Positions 49,917 to 60,696 are shown, counted from the stretch's first letter. The stretch: 64,000 nt of DNA from an uncultured Nitrospiraceae bacterium (GCA_963706325.1 CAVPLT010000004.1:352001-416000); one strand, 5' to 3'. Numbers and translations: made by a program. Notes: generated by a model not told the origin, from the sequence alone.

Positions 49917-50092
49917 CGTTACTCCTGTTCACGTGACGAAGTGTAGCGAAGTACACGGGGGAAGCGCTAGATTGAAATGGTCGCGTGAGCGATGAGTGTC
50001 GTCAACGCGGCGCGCCATTGTGCGTGAAAGAGCGGCGGTGTATGGTAGGCCTTTGAACAAATTGATTTCTAATTGCTATCCTCGCGGAGGCG

Positions 50093-51118
50093 ATGCGTAT
50101 GATTCTGGTCACCGGCGGCGCCGGCTATATTGGTTCACATACCTGCGTGGAGCTTCTCAATGCAGGCTCGGAAGTTACGGTCTTCGACAACTTTTCCAAT
50201 AGTCATCCGGAAGCGTTGACCAGGGTGCAGCGAATCACGGGCAAGTCTCTACGCGTGATACGAGGGGACTGCCGTGATCGGGCCGCGCTGGTGGCGGCCT
50301 TGCGTGACAGTGGAGCGACCGCCGTGATTCATTTTGCGGGGCTCAAGGCGGTGGGTGAATCCGTCCAGCAGCCTTTGGCCTATTATGACAATAATGTGGT
50401 CGGTTCCCTGCGCCTACTGGAAGCCATGGGCGAATGTGGCGTGAAACAGTTGGTATTCAGCTCGTCGGCCACGGTGTACGGGGATCCGAAGAAACTGCCG
50501 CTTACGGAGGACCATCCCCTCTCCGCAACGAACCCCTACGGCCAAACGAAATTGATGGTGGAAGAAATTCTGCGTGACCTGCACCGCAGCGACACTTCGT
50601 GGCGGATCGCCATTTTGCGCTATTTCAACCCGGTTGGGGCGCATGCCAGCGGCCTGATCGGCGAAGATCCCCAGGGGATGCCGAATAATTTGCTGCCGTT
50701 CGTGGCACAGGTTGCCGTGGGGCGGCGGGAGTTCCTCAACGTGTGGGGCAACGATTATCCCACCCCCGATGGGACAGGGGTGCGGGATTATATTCACGTC
50801 GTTGACTTGGCGTTGGGGCATCTCAAAGCGCTCGACGGGCTGGTTCGGCTCGACCATCCGGCTGATTGTTTGACGGTCAATCTTGGCACGGGAAACGGAT
50901 ACAGCGTATTGGACATCGTCCGGGCATTTGAAGCGGCCAGCGGCAAGCCCGTTCCCTACAAGGTTGCGCCTCGTCGCCCTGGTGATGTGGCGTCATGCTA
51001 TGCGGATCCGAAACAAGCATTCACATCAATTGGGTGGCGCGCAACGCGTGGGCTCAAGGAGATGTGTGCGGACGCCTGGCGTTGGCAGAGTGCGAATCCA
51101 AAGGGGTACGCAGGCTGA
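50093..51118 (+). CDS. galE: UDP-glucose 4-epimerase
   Basis: [50 protein letters not shown]. Confidence 0.98.
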   Translation: MRMILVTGGAGYIGSHTCVELLNAGSEVTVFDNFSNSHPEALTRVQRITGKSLRVIRGDCRDRAALVAALRDSGATAVIHFAGLKAVGESVQQPLAYYDNNVVGSLRLLEAMGECGVKQLVFSSSATVYGDPKKLPLTEDHPLSATNPYGQTKLMVEEILRDLHRSDTSWRIAILRYFNPVGAHASGLIGEDPQGMPNNLLPFVAQVAVGRREFLNVWGNDYPTPDGTGVRDYIHVVDLALGHLKALDGLVRLDHPADCLTVNLGTGNGYSVLDIVRAFEAASGKPVPYKVAPRRPGDVASCYADPKQAFTSIGWRATRGLKEMCADAWRWQSANPKGYAG

Positions 51119-51456
51119 GGAGCATGGTCCGGCAAGTAATTTTTTGCAACGAGGGTGAGCTGTCGCAGGACCGTTGCCGAAAGATTGGTGCTTCGCCTCT
51201 CGTTGTGGTCACGTTTTCCAATCCATTCTCCAATTGGGCAGGCCTCACCGGCTGTGCCGGTCGCCCTCGCGCTTTGAGCAGCACTGCCGCACTCGCCATT
51301 GAACAACATCAAATCCCGCTGGTGATCGTAACTTCGCATCTCTCTGACTCCCATGCAGTCGGTCGATCGCGTCCCTTTCGGCCGAAGAATGTGTAGAATG
51401 TTGAGACTGGCCGAGCGATCTTGCCATTGCTGTCTCACTTTGCCGAGGGGGGAACG

Positions 51457-52710
51457 ATGAGCCACCAAGCGATAGACACACAAAATAGTCAGGGCAGGTG
51501 GCATCGCGCGAAGGATTGCCGCGTGGGGTTGTTGGGTGCCCTCACGCTTCGAGTTCTCATTGCCGGCGTCATCGTGATCGGGGGCATGGTATTAGGGCAA
51601 TGGTCGCCAGTTGCGGCAAGCCATCAAGGGCATGAGCGACATTCCGACGATGAAAACCATGAGCAGAGCGGGCCTGGGCATCCGGTACCCGGTGCATCCT
51701 TCCATGTTTTTGCGGCTCCGGGCAAGACTACAGCCGAAGTGGAAGTGGTTGATCAAGGTGAAATGGAGGCGGCTGTGCAAACCATTATCGATGCTTTCGC
51801 CTTCATGTTGCAGCATCGGACGGACTATCCGCGGTTCGATGAGTCTCTTAAGAAAGACGCGCTCAAACAGGTCGTCATCGAACCCCATGTCCTTAATGAT
51901 GAGGGGAAGGAATTTCCGTTCCTAGTCGCACGGACGAAAGAGCCGGGGCGGGTCACATTGCTGATCAATGGCTCGAGTCTGAACAACAAAGGGTACCTGG
52001 GCCATCCGGACAAACTGGTGCCATTGCTGGCCCGAGAGTTTCAATGGGTCGTCAGCAAAGCGGATACCACGCCGAAGGCCAAAGCCGTCGTGGTTGAACG
52101 CGATCTCGCCCATGCTCCGGTACGTCCGGATCAGGAAATCCTATCCCTCTTGCCCGATGATCGCCTGCAGGTGCTACAAAAGCTTTTCAGCAGCTATCTG
52201 CGCACCGTGGATGAGCAGAAGAGTCTAGAGGGACAGTCCTACTATGAGGTGGGAACCACCAGCTTGGTAGCGCCTTCGCAACCTGATTCTACGACCAAGC
52301 TGTACGACATGCGAGTCCGCGAAGCGCTGCAGAAGATCGTGCGGGATCCTTACTTTGCGGAGAAGACTCCCCAAGCAGTGCGGAGCCTGCTGAATGGAAA
52401 AGTTTGGAACGTGTCGTTCGTGAAAATCGATCAGCGAGATTGGGCCACGCGCACGAGGGTGTTGCCGGAGAACAAATCTGTCCTGGTGGGAGACCACGAT
52501 CGGCGCGTTCAGCCCGCCTCCATTTTGGTGAACACCTATCGAGCGGCTGCGCCGGACGATCCGTTTCATTCGGCCACCAAAGGACTGCCGATGGGGGCGC
52601 TTTCCGCTGACCAGCTGGCACGGGTGATCGCAATGGAAATACAAAGCAACATCACAGAAAAGTCTCAGAGCGGGCATGTGGCCCAGGATGCGCTCACGGC
52701 GCCCCAGTGA
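51457..52710 (+). CDS. Hypothetical exported or membrane-anchored protein
   Basis: N-terminal hydrophobic segment followed by a His-rich stretch; long ORF. Confidence 0.75.
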   Translation: MSHQAIDTQNSQGRWHRAKDCRVGLLGALTLRVLIAGVIVIGGMVLGQWSPVAASHQGHERHSDDENHEQSGPGHPVPGASFHVFAAPGKTTAEVEVVDQGEMEAAVQTIIDAFAFMLQHRTDYPRFDESLKKDALKQVVIEPHVLNDEGKEFPFLVARTKEPGRVTLLINGSSLNNKGYLGHPDKLVPLLAREFQWVVSKADTTPKAKAVVVERDLAHAPVRPDQEILSLLPDDRLQVLQKLFSSYLRTVDEQKSLEGQSYYEVGTTSLVAPSQPDSTTKLYDMRVREALQKIVRDPYFAEKTPQAVRSLLNGKVWNVSFVKIDQRDWATRTRVLPENKSVLVGDHDRRVQPASILVNTYRAAAPDDPFHSATKGLPMGALSADQLARVIAMEIQSNITEKSQSGHVAQDALTAPQ

Positions 52711-53053
52711 GTGTGGTGAGAGGGGGAGCTTTCTGGCTCGGCGAGGATCTCGGTGATCCTGCAGGCGCTGAAGAGCTTGGTTGATTGTAACAATTGATCT
52801 GCTTTGGTTGGCCCGCCGTACTACGGGCAATCCGGACCGCGCCAGGCGGTGGGAGCCCTCCACTTCTTCCACTCGGTAATGAGCAATCGAGCGTAAGATT
52901 TTCGACGCAGTCGCTCACGATGGATCATCGGCAGAGTAGACCGAACAGACCTTGAACACGTACAATGCGCGATTCAGCGCAACCTGAGCCAGGACGGTGC
53001 GAAGGGCAGCGCCATGAGTCGGATACTATCGGAATGACCAGGAAGGGATCGTC

Positions 53054-54145
53054 ATGAGTGTGAAATGTGGAATCGTCGGCTTGCCCAACGTGGGGAAGTC
53101 TACCCTCTTCAATGCCCTCACCAAGTCGGGGATTGCGGCGGAGAATTATCCGTTCTGTACCATCGAGCCGAACATCGGCATTGTGGAAGTGCCTGATGCG
53201 CGGATACAGGCGTTGGCCGATATCGTGTCACCCCAGCGGATGCAGTATGCCACGACGGAGTTCGTCGACATCGCGGGGCTGGTCGCCGGCGCATCGAAAG
53301 GCGAAGGTTTGGGAAACCAATTCTTGGCCAACATTCGTGAGACCGACGGTATTGTGAATGTGGTGCGCTGTTTCGAGGATGATAACGTCGTGCACGTGGC
53401 AGGCAAGGTGGATCCTTTGTCGGACATCGAGACCATTGTCACAGAATTGGCCCTGGCAGACCTCACGACCGTGGAAAAGGCACAGGAGCGTAATCAAAAG
53501 GTCATCCGCTCCGGAGATAAGGACGCCGCGAAACTCGGCGAGTTGTTGGTGCAGGTGGCGGCCTGTTTGAATGAGGGCAAACCGGCGCGCACCTTGAAGT
53601 TCGATCCGGCGCAACGGGCATTGCTCAAACCGCTCTGTCTGCTCACGATGAAGCCGGTGATGTATGTGGCCAACGTAGGCGAGAAGGGCTTCACCAATAA
53701 TCCGCTCCTCACCCGAGTAGAGGAGTATGCGGCGCGGGAAGGCGCGCCGGTCGTGGCGATTTGCGCGGCGCTGGAAGCGGAAATCGCGGTGCTTTCCGAC
53801 GAGGAGAAACGAGAGTTTCTGGTGGATATCGGCATGACCGAACCGGGACTCAATCGGCTGATTCGCGCGGCGTATCAACTGCTAGGCCTACAGACGTATT
53901 TTACGGCGGGCGTGAAGGAAGTCCGCGCCTGGACGATTCATATCGGCGATACGGCCCCGCAGGCGGCGGGGGTCATTCACGGTGACTTCGAAAAAGGCTT
54001 TATCCGCGCGGAAGTCATCGGGTACGACGACTATATCGCCTGTAAGGGAGAAGCGGGCGCCAAAGAAAAGGGAAAGATGCGGCTGGAAGGCAAGGAATAT
54101 GTGGTGCAGAACGGCGATGTGATGCACTTCCGCTTCAACGTCTAG
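53054..54145 (+). CDS. ychF: Redox-regulated ATPase YchF
   Basis: [42 protein letters not shown] domain ending FRFNV. Confidence 0.98.
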   Translation: MSVKCGIVGLPNVGKSTLFNALTKSGIAAENYPFCTIEPNIGIVEVPDARIQALADIVSPQRMQYATTEFVDIAGLVAGASKGEGLGNQFLANIRETDGIVNVVRCFEDDNVVHVAGKVDPLSDIETIVTELALADLTTVEKAQERNQKVIRSGDKDAAKLGELLVQVAACLNEGKPARTLKFDPAQRALLKPLCLLTMKPVMYVANVGEKGFTNNPLLTRVEEYAAREGAPVVAICAALEAEIAVLSDEEKREFLVDIGMTEPGLNRLIRAAYQLLGLQTYFTAGVKEVRAWTIHIGDTAPQAAGVIHGDFEKGFIRAEVIGYDDYIACKGEAGAKEKGKMRLEGKEYVVQNGDVMHFRFNV

Positions 54146-54267
54146 CAGGATGCTGACAAAGTTCGCCAGTAGCGTTTTCGTCTCGTTCAGAACCTCAACG
54201 TACCGAAGGTACGCTTCGGCCCTTCACTCCCTGCGGCCTTACTGGACGGACTTTCTGAGCATCCTGC
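54145..54267. repeat. ~123-bp palindromic element (REP/MITE-like) with ~28-bp imperfect terminal inverted repeats
   Basis: GCAGGATGCTGACAAAGTTCGCCAGTA ... TACTGGACGGACTTTCTGAGCATCCTGC; abuts the ychF stop codon. Confidence 0.75.
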
Positions 54268-54374
54268 GTGGGTGTCCCCATGTTGTCACACACATGCGGA
54301 ATATGGAATTCCCAACTGTCACAAATGTTTGTGTTGCATGCGACTGGGACGCCAAAACCCAGTCGTCAGGATGA

Positions 54375-54923
54375 ATGGCCTCTGCCTTTTCGCATGCTCT
54401 CGTGGCAGTGGCCATGGGGAAACTTTCGCGCCATCCTGTCATGGACCGCCGTGCCCTGTTGGTGGGCGCCCTCTGCGCAGTTCTGCCGGATATCGACGTG
54501 GTCGGATTCGGTTACGGCGTTCAATACGGAGATCTGTGGGGACATCGCGGACTGACCCATTCCCTGGTCTTTGCCGCGCTGTTGAGCGGGGCGCTTGTCG
54601 CTGTGTGGTATCGGCAAAGGGCCGCGAAGGTCAAGGCGATGCTGTGTCTGTATTTCTTTCTCGCCACGGCTTCACATGGCCTGTTGGATGCTCTGACGAA
54701 TGGAGGGTTGGGCGTGGCCTTCCTCTCTCCGTTTGATACAACAAGGTATTTCTTCGGCTTTCGACCGGTCGCCGTTTCTCCGATCGGTGTCAGCGAATTC
54801 TTCACCGCCTATGGTGCGCAGGTCTTAGCCAGCGAGGCGCTCTGGATCTGGCTGCCGTTAGCTGCGTTATTCCTGTCCGTTCGTCTGCTCCAACGTATGA
54901 GGCTCGGTCATCCAGTCGAATAG
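54375..54923 (+). CDS. YdjM-like inner-membrane metal-dependent hydrolase
   Basis: SH, LPD.D, HRG.THS, SHG.LDA.T.GG.G. Confidence 0.9.
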   Translation: MASAFSHALVAVAMGKLSRHPVMDRRALLVGALCAVLPDIDVVGFGYGVQYGDLWGHRGLTHSLVFAALLSGALVAVWYRQRAAKVKAMLCLYFFLATASHGLLDALTNGGLGVAFLSPFDTTRYFFGFRPVAVSPIGVSEFFTAYGAQVLASEALWIWLPLAALFLSVRLLQRMRLGHPVE

Positions 54924-55155
54924 CTCTCCGTCTTAGTAAGGGACAGTGTCGATGCCCCCGCCTCAAGTCAGAGGTCGGCTCGGTGCGGAGCCTCGATGGA
55001 GCAAGCTCTCGAGTTGACTCAATGAGGCTGAGGATACCGCATTCGTTCTTCGGGGCAGATTCTGAGGCTCAACTGTCCCATGAACCGCTTGAGGTCTCCT
55101 CCGAACTGCACCGCATATTGTGTACATTCGAGATGATCTTTTATGGTGACGGTAT

Positions 55156-55599
55156 CTATTTCTGCGTCGTTTCAAGCCGTAGGCGTTCCGCTGACCATGT
55201 AACACCTGCGAGCGGTTCATTGCGCCGGTCCACTGCTTGAATGGCAACCGTCACACTTTGCGCGTTTGCAAGTTGAGTCGTGAGGAGCTTCAGTGCTTGT
55301 GTGACGTCGATGAGTAGGGTGGGCAGGCGTCGTGGTCCCGACATGGTCGGTCGTACCGCCACGATACCTGCCGAGCCCAGGACCAGAATCTGTTGCTCCT
55401 CCGTAATGGTCGTCACGCGAAGCTTGAGTGGTCGATCTCCCGGCACGGTCACCCCTTCGAGCACCAGCCGAATTCCGGTCGCGTGCTGCCATTGTGCCGG
55501 CAGCGCGACGGTGAAGTGATGTTTCTCCTCGTCCGCATGGCTCGGCATGGAAAGACTCGTTATGAAACTCAACACCAGGAAAACCACTCGCCTCGTCAT
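55156..55599 (-). CDS. Exported protein resembling the C-terminal domain of the adjacent tyrosinase
   Basis: Sec-type signal; 4-bp overlap with the tyrosinase stop; RL.L..V..P.D.....R...LG....V...IDV. Confidence 0.65.
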   Translation of the reverse strand: MTRRVVFLVLSFITSLSMPSHADEEKHHFTVALPAQWQHATGIRLVLEGVTVPGDRPLKLRVTTITEEQQILVLGSAGIVAVRPTMSGPRRLPTLLIDVTQALKLLTTQLANAQSVTVAIQAVDRRNEPLAGVTWSAERLRLETTQK

Positions 55600-57032
55600 T
55601 TGTCCTCTCGTTCGACCTCCGCAATCGTGAGGTGGACGTCCTTTGCCCGTACAGGGATCACCGTTGGATTCTGATTCTTGTCCTTTCGTTCCACGAAGGC
55701 AAGCCGCACAGGACCCTGAGCACCGCTGAGCGCATCGAGCATCGGACGAGACAGATTGACGGCCATGTTGCGGGCCTGCTTGGATGTATGCCTTCCCGCA
55801 CGATCATTGAGAACGACTGGGAATGTGCCGAGGTATCCCTTGCCGCTTGGGCCTTCGTCGGCCTTGGCGGTTTCCGGCGTGGCGTATAACCGATAGACCA
55901 CACTTTTATCCAGCGGTAACGAGAGGTCGGTCAGGTGCAACCTGGCCCGTCCCCCCTGTTCGAGGATTCTGGAAATTTTTTCACGCGTCTGGCGAACCAC
56001 CTTGAGCGTTTTACTGACACGCCAATCGGTGCGAATGACCAACCAGTCGAGGAGGCAAGGCAGCAGTTCAAAAAACCGGGATGGTCCGTAGGTGTACCGT
56101 AACTGATGTTCGTGGTTGAGCACCTGCGCCGCCGTTATCGAGCGCCAAACTTTGTTCTCGTCGTAAAAGGTCCATGTGAGATTGAGGAAGGCGGGGTCGG
56201 TTGAATTCGTGTGGGTGGACGAGGCTTTGTTCCAGTCCGACCAGATCTTGTCCACGTTGGAATGGTGCGCGTAAAAGATGGGATCTTTGCCTGCCGAATC
56301 GAAGAATCCCATGTCGCCGCCCACGTCGACGTGTACCGACCCGTGCGGCGCTCCTTCAGGGATGCCGCTGCCTCCTGCCGTCCCGCCGAATTCAGCGAAG
56401 GTTCCGGCCGTGAGCGCGGCGTCCATCACTGAATCTCCGACATCCTCGTCTGGAATTTCGTCCGTCGGGCTCATGAGCCGCGTTCCGTTCCAAAGCGGGT
56501 TGCTGTTGTCGTTCGGCGACGTGTAACCGGCCGGCATGGTGCGGTGAGCAGGGCTATCCCAATCCCAGTAGGGGAGCCGGAAGTTCATGTCGCCGATGAG
56601 TTTGCCGAGAATGCGCTCGTGAAAATATAGATAGGCCCGGTGCCAGGCGAAAAACTGCCAGGAGAAATGCACCTGGGTACCTTCACCGCAATACCAACAA
56701 TGGATGTTCGCCTGGCGTTTGAATCCTCGCGGATCGCCGGGATCACTCGTATCCAGTGCCCGCATGGCCTGATAAGCTTCTTTTAGTTTCTTGAGTTCAT
56801 CCGCACTGAGGGTTGAGGCGGGGCGCCGGGGAAGGATCATGCGGCAATCCTTGCGCCAGCGTTTGGCGGTCCCAGGGTTGCCTGGCGGTTCGCACACAGC
56901 CAGGGCGGATTGAGGCCACGTCAGCCCGCCGAACAGGCCGAAGCTGAGCGCCCCGGCACCCAACCCGAGTTGCTGAAGAAACCTCCTGCGCGAAGGCAGG
57001 GGTGTGATTGCGCTCTCTTCACGTCCAGACAT
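55596..57032 (-). CDS. Tat-exported tyrosinase/polyphenol oxidase (type-3 copper)
   Basis: SRRRFL Tat motif; HCWYC, H..W.F..WHR.YL (CuA); PHG.VH, DPIFYAHH.NVD (CuB); FYDEN (DWL-like domain). Confidence 0.93.
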   Translation of the reverse strand: MSGREESAITPLPSRRRFLQQLGLGAGALSFGLFGGLTWPQSALAVCEPPGNPGTAKRWRKDCRMILPRRPASTLSADELKKLKEAYQAMRALDTSDPGDPRGFKRQANIHCWYCGEGTQVHFSWQFFAWHRAYLYFHERILGKLIGDMNFRLPYWDWDSPAHRTMPAGYTSPNDNSNPLWNGTRLMSPTDEIPDEDVGDSVMDAALTAGTFAEFGGTAGGSGIPEGAPHGSVHVDVGGDMGFFDSAGKDPIFYAHHSNVDKIWSDWNKASSTHTNSTDPAFLNLTWTFYDENKVWRSITAAQVLNHEHQLRYTYGPSRFFELLPCLLDWLVIRTDWRVSKTLKVVRQTREKISRILEQGGRARLHLTDLSLPLDKSVVYRLYATPETAKADEGPSGKGYLGTFPVVLNDRAGRHTSKQARNMAVNLSRPMLDALSGAQGPVRLAFVERKDKNQNPTVIPVRAKDVHLTIAEVEREDK

Positions 57033-57344
57033 GATCTACCTCCTCTATTGTTGGTCCGACCGCTCGTCTCCACTTCAGCATCTGTGACAGCCGATCGTTG
57101 GACTAACCGCGGTTACATCAATAAATATGCCAGGAAGAAAGTGCGAGCAGTCTTTCGTTTCTTTGAAATGGTTACGCCGATAGGCATCAAGATGTGGGGT
57201 AGAGGGAGCGTATCCGATGGGATACGGATGAAGGAAATGGATACATGGTGGTGTTCGCTATGTGCCTCCTCGTCGCAGCTCCATACGTTGACAGTGTCCT
57301 TCCTCAACGTCTAGCGTAACATCGTCATTAAGCCAGGAGAGGGC

Positions 57345-58823
57345 ATGCCCGAATATCTTCCGCCCGGTGTCTTCATTCAAGAGAGCAATCCAGGCGATCA
57401 GCCCATCGGCGGCGTCGCCACGAGTACGGTCGGCTTCTTCGGCATTGCGGAGCGAGGCCCAACGGCGCCGGCTCTCCTCACCAGCTTCAACGAGTATCGC
57501 GGGATGTTCGGCGGTTACGTGCTCGAGGGGAACCAGGATCGCTATTTAGCCTATGCGATCGAGGGCTATTTTCTGAATGGCGGTCGGCGCTGTTACGTCC
57601 GGCGAGTGGTTGCGAATGGAGCCACCGCAGCCGCCACAACCCTCGATGCAAAACTCAAGGTCGCCGCCGTCGGATCTGGGTTATGGGGAAACAGGGTGGC
57701 GGTCGTAATCGCCCCGTCGGCACTCATCCAATGTTTTAGGCTCACGGTGCGTTATTGGGAGCCAGATACACCCTGGTCAGAGGAACCGACAGTGGAGGAA
57801 ATCTACGATAACCTGTCGGCAGACGAAGCCTCGACAGATTTCTACGAAAAGCGAGTCAACGGCGTATCTCGACTCGTGACGATTGAAAGGGCCGGCGTCG
57901 CCGTGCGTCCGGCAGATGTCACCGCAGTCTGGTTAACGGGTGGAAGCGATGGGCAGGCCTACGCCGAAGACGATTTCGAAGCTGCTCTGGATTCTTTTGC
58001 GAAGCTGGAAGACATCGCCATCTTGTGTTGTCCTGAGGAGAGTAGAGTTCCTCGCATCACCGGGGACATGCTGGATCAATGTGAATTTCTGAAGGATCGT
58101 TTCGCCATTCTTCAGGCCCCATTGTTGGTCAGCGATCTCATGGCGCATCGGCCTCCGCGCGATTCACGCTATGGCGCCTACTACCTGCCATGGCTGCGCA
58201 TTCGACATGCCGGTACTGGAACGGAGAAACTGATTCCGCCCGGAGGTCACATTGCGGGCCTTTATGCTCGGACAGACAGGGAGCGAGGAGTGCACAAAGC
58301 CCCCGCCAATGAAACGCCTCGCGGTTTGCTGATAGATCCGCTCGACCCTGCGCGGGGCTTGGCTGGTTTGGTCACTACGGCGCAACAGGAGGGCCTCAAC
58401 TCGCGGGGCGTCAACGTGCTTCGATATTTTCCTGGAAGGGGAATTCTCCTGTGGGGGGCGAGGACGATGGCTTCCGACCCCCAGTGGAAGTATGTGAATG
58501 TTCGCCGTCTGGTCATCTTCATCGAAGCGTCTCTCAAGAAGGGTACGCGCTGGGTGATCTTTGAACCCAACGATGAAGCCTTGTGGAATCGTGCGCGCCA
58601 CAGTGTCAGCAACTTTCTCACGAGGTTGTGGAAAGACGGCATGCTACAGGGGCAGAAGCCGGAACAGGCATTTGTAGTCAAATGTGATCAAACGACGATG
58701 ACGCAAGCAGATCTCGAGAACGGCAGGCTTATCATGGTGATCGGCATCGCTCCGGTAAGGCCGGCTGAATTCGTCATGTTCAGAATCGGGCAGTGGGCGG
58801 GCGGTTCCGAAGTGACTGAGTAG
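57345..58823 (+). CDS. Contractile tail sheath protein (eCIS/phage type), no adjacent tail genes
   Basis: MPEYL.PGV..E, G.AERGP, G.WGN, PP.G..AG..ARTD..RGV.KAPAN, WGART, WKY.NVRR, FEPN...LW, P.RPAEFV.FRI.Q. Confidence 0.95.
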   Translation: MPEYLPPGVFIQESNPGDQPIGGVATSTVGFFGIAERGPTAPALLTSFNEYRGMFGGYVLEGNQDRYLAYAIEGYFLNGGRRCYVRRVVANGATAAATTLDAKLKVAAVGSGLWGNRVAVVIAPSALIQCFRLTVRYWEPDTPWSEEPTVEEIYDNLSADEASTDFYEKRVNGVSRLVTIERAGVAVRPADVTAVWLTGGSDGQAYAEDDFEAALDSFAKLEDIAILCCPEESRVPRITGDMLDQCEFLKDRFAILQAPLLVSDLMAHRPPRDSRYGAYYLPWLRIRHAGTGTEKLIPPGGHIAGLYARTDRERGVHKAPANETPRGLLIDPLDPARGLAGLVTTAQQEGLNSRGVNVLRYFPGRGILLWGARTMASDPQWKYVNVRRLVIFIEASLKKGTRWVIFEPNDEALWNRARHSVSNFLTRLWKDGMLQGQKPEQAFVVKCDQTTMTQADLENGRLIMVIGIAPVRPAEFVMFRIGQWAGGSEVTE

Positions 58824-59010
58824 TGGTTGACTCAGGCCTCCCCGCAGCGGGGCAGCACCGAGTGTCATGACGCTCCAGACTGTTGCTCTCAAGCGGTAGG
58901 TTGCCTCAAGTCTTGCAATAGCCATGATAGACCACTAGACTTCTTTATCAGGGGCAGCAGTAAGTCCCAGAGTCATTTTTCCCGCTCAGCCAGAATAGAA
59001 AGGAGCCGCT

Positions 59011-59409
59011 ATGGGTTTATTCGGCACAATTTTAGAGAAGCTCGGGTTGAGCAAGTCCACTGCACAGGCTGCACCACAGCCGGCGCCGTCGGCACCCGCT
59101 CCCATGGCGTCGCAGCCCGCAGCTCCCCCGCCTCCCAGGGCGATGGCCGCCGTGGATGTCGTGGCCAAGCTCGAAGGTCTCGCGGCCGCGAACAAAGAAA
59201 AACTCAACTGGAAAACCTCCATCGTGGATCTCCTGAAACTCCTGGGTCTCGACAGCAGTCTTACTGCCCGGAAGGAACTGGCCACCGAATTGAAATGCCC
59301 GACCGAAAAGATGGCTGATTCGGCGCAGATGAATATGTGGTTGCACAAGACCGTGTTGAAAAAGTTGGCCGAGAACGGCGGGAACATTCCAAAGGATCTG
59401 CTAAGTTAG
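59011..59409 (+). CDS. DUF3597-family protein
   Basis: LNW.TSIVDL.KLL.LDSSL.ARKELA.EL, SA.MN.WLHK.V..KLA.NGG. Confidence 0.92.
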   Translation: MGLFGTILEKLGLSKSTAQAAPQPAPSAPAPMASQPAAPPPPRAMAAVDVVAKLEGLAAANKEKLNWKTSIVDLLKLLGLDSSLTARKELATELKCPTEKMADSAQMNMWLHKTVLKKLAENGGNIPKDLLS

Positions 59410-59517
59410 CCCTAGGGAGATCAGGCAGCGGCTGATCAGAGTCTCGTGGTAGGCGTCGCGGTTCGATCTATTGGCGAGATATGCCGCGGTGCTCCTTCCC
59501 AACCGTTGACCCATCCA

Positions 59518-59982
59518 ATGTTCGACGTCATTCTTTTTCAGCCGGAAATTCCTCCCAACACCGGCAACATCATCCGGCTTTGCGCGAATACCGGCGCCAG
59601 GTTGCATCTTGTCAAACCGCTCGGATTTACGCTGGAGGATAAGCAGCTCCTGCGCGCGGGGCTGGACTATCACGAATTTGCTACGATTACGGCGCACGAA
59701 AGCTGGACTGAGTGTGTTGCAGGCTTGAAAGACTGCCGGCTGTTTGCCGTCTCCACAAAAGGCACGCAACGATACGATCTGGTTGACTACGCGGAGGGTG
59801 ATGCCTTTGTGTTCGGGCCTGAGAGCCGTGGGTTACCCGCCGATATCCTGGGCGGCGTCCCCGCGCAACAGCGAATTCGCGTCCCCATGGTAGCTGGCAG
59901 CCGTAGCCTCAATCTCTCCAATTCAGTTGCCGTGGTGCTCTATGAAGCCTGGCGGCAGCACGAGTTTGGGAAATCCGTGTAA
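59518..59982 (+). CDS. trmL: tRNA (cytidine/uridine-34 2'-O)-methyltransferase
   Basis: PEIPPNTGNI.RLCA, RAGLDY, FGPE.RGL, RSLNLS. Confidence 0.95.
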   Translation: MFDVILFQPEIPPNTGNIIRLCANTGARLHLVKPLGFTLEDKQLLRAGLDYHEFATITAHESWTECVAGLKDCRLFAVSTKGTQRYDLVDYAEGDAFVFGPESRGLPADILGGVPAQQRIRVPMVAGSRSLNLSNSVAVVLYEAWRQHEFGKSV

Positions 59983-60240
59983 CAGTGACGCGCACAGTCA
60001 TGGTTCTCTCATTCGACAAGGACTCGCGCAGGGCCGGGCCACGCACTCATTTCTCGGATTCCTCCGGGTTGCCGATGGCACACAACGTCCCGAGTGGATA
60101 CGCGAGGTCATTTCCCGTACACTGACGAATGGGCCGGCGTTGCTTTCCCGTGGGGGGCGGCGACGACTGGCTTGCTCGCGCCGAGCGACGGGCTTCACAC
60201 TTTTATGAGATAGGGTCATCGAGACTCACTGGAGACTGGA

Positions 60241-60696
60241 ATGAACGATCAAGAGAAGCAAACGTCTGTGGGAATTCTCAATCGCATTATGGAACTTGAG
60301 TTAGCCGGTGTGGTGCGTTATACGCATTACGCGCTGATGGTCTATGGGTACAATCGTATTCCGATCGTGTCATGGCTGAAGAGTAATGCCGACGAAAGTC
60401 TGGCTCATGCGCATAAAGCGGGTGAGCTCGTGACGCTGTTGGGTGGTCACCCCTCGCTTAAAATCGGTACGCTATTAGAGACCGAGAAACATGATGTGGG
60501 GGATATTCTGCGGGAAAGTTTGGAGCATGAGAAAGCGGCCGTCGCGTCCTACTACGAACTGCTTAAACTGGCTGAAGGAAAGTCCGTTCTGCTGGAAGAG
60601 TATGCGAGAGAGATGATTGTCGGTGAAGAGCTGCATCTGGACGAGGTCAATAAGATGTTGCGAAAATCGGGCGAGGTTCAGGCCTTTCGGTCCTAA
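60241..60696 (+). CDS. Bacterioferritin/ferritin-like protein
   Basis: ELAGV.RY.H, E...HA, E.L.HE, EE.H di-iron pattern. Confidence 0.88.
   Translation: MNDQEKQTSVGILNRIMELELAGVVRYTHYALMVYGYNRIPIVSWLKSNADESLAHAHKAGELVTLLGGHPSLKIGTLLETEKHDVGDILRESLEHEKAAVASYYELLKLAEGKSVLLEEYAREMIVGEELHLDEVNKMLRKSGEVQAFRS

Noticed and set aside
57033..59010. Prophage around the sheath gene
   Set aside because: No integrase, terminase, capsid, tube or att-like repeats are visible; the flanks are ordinary chromosomal genes.
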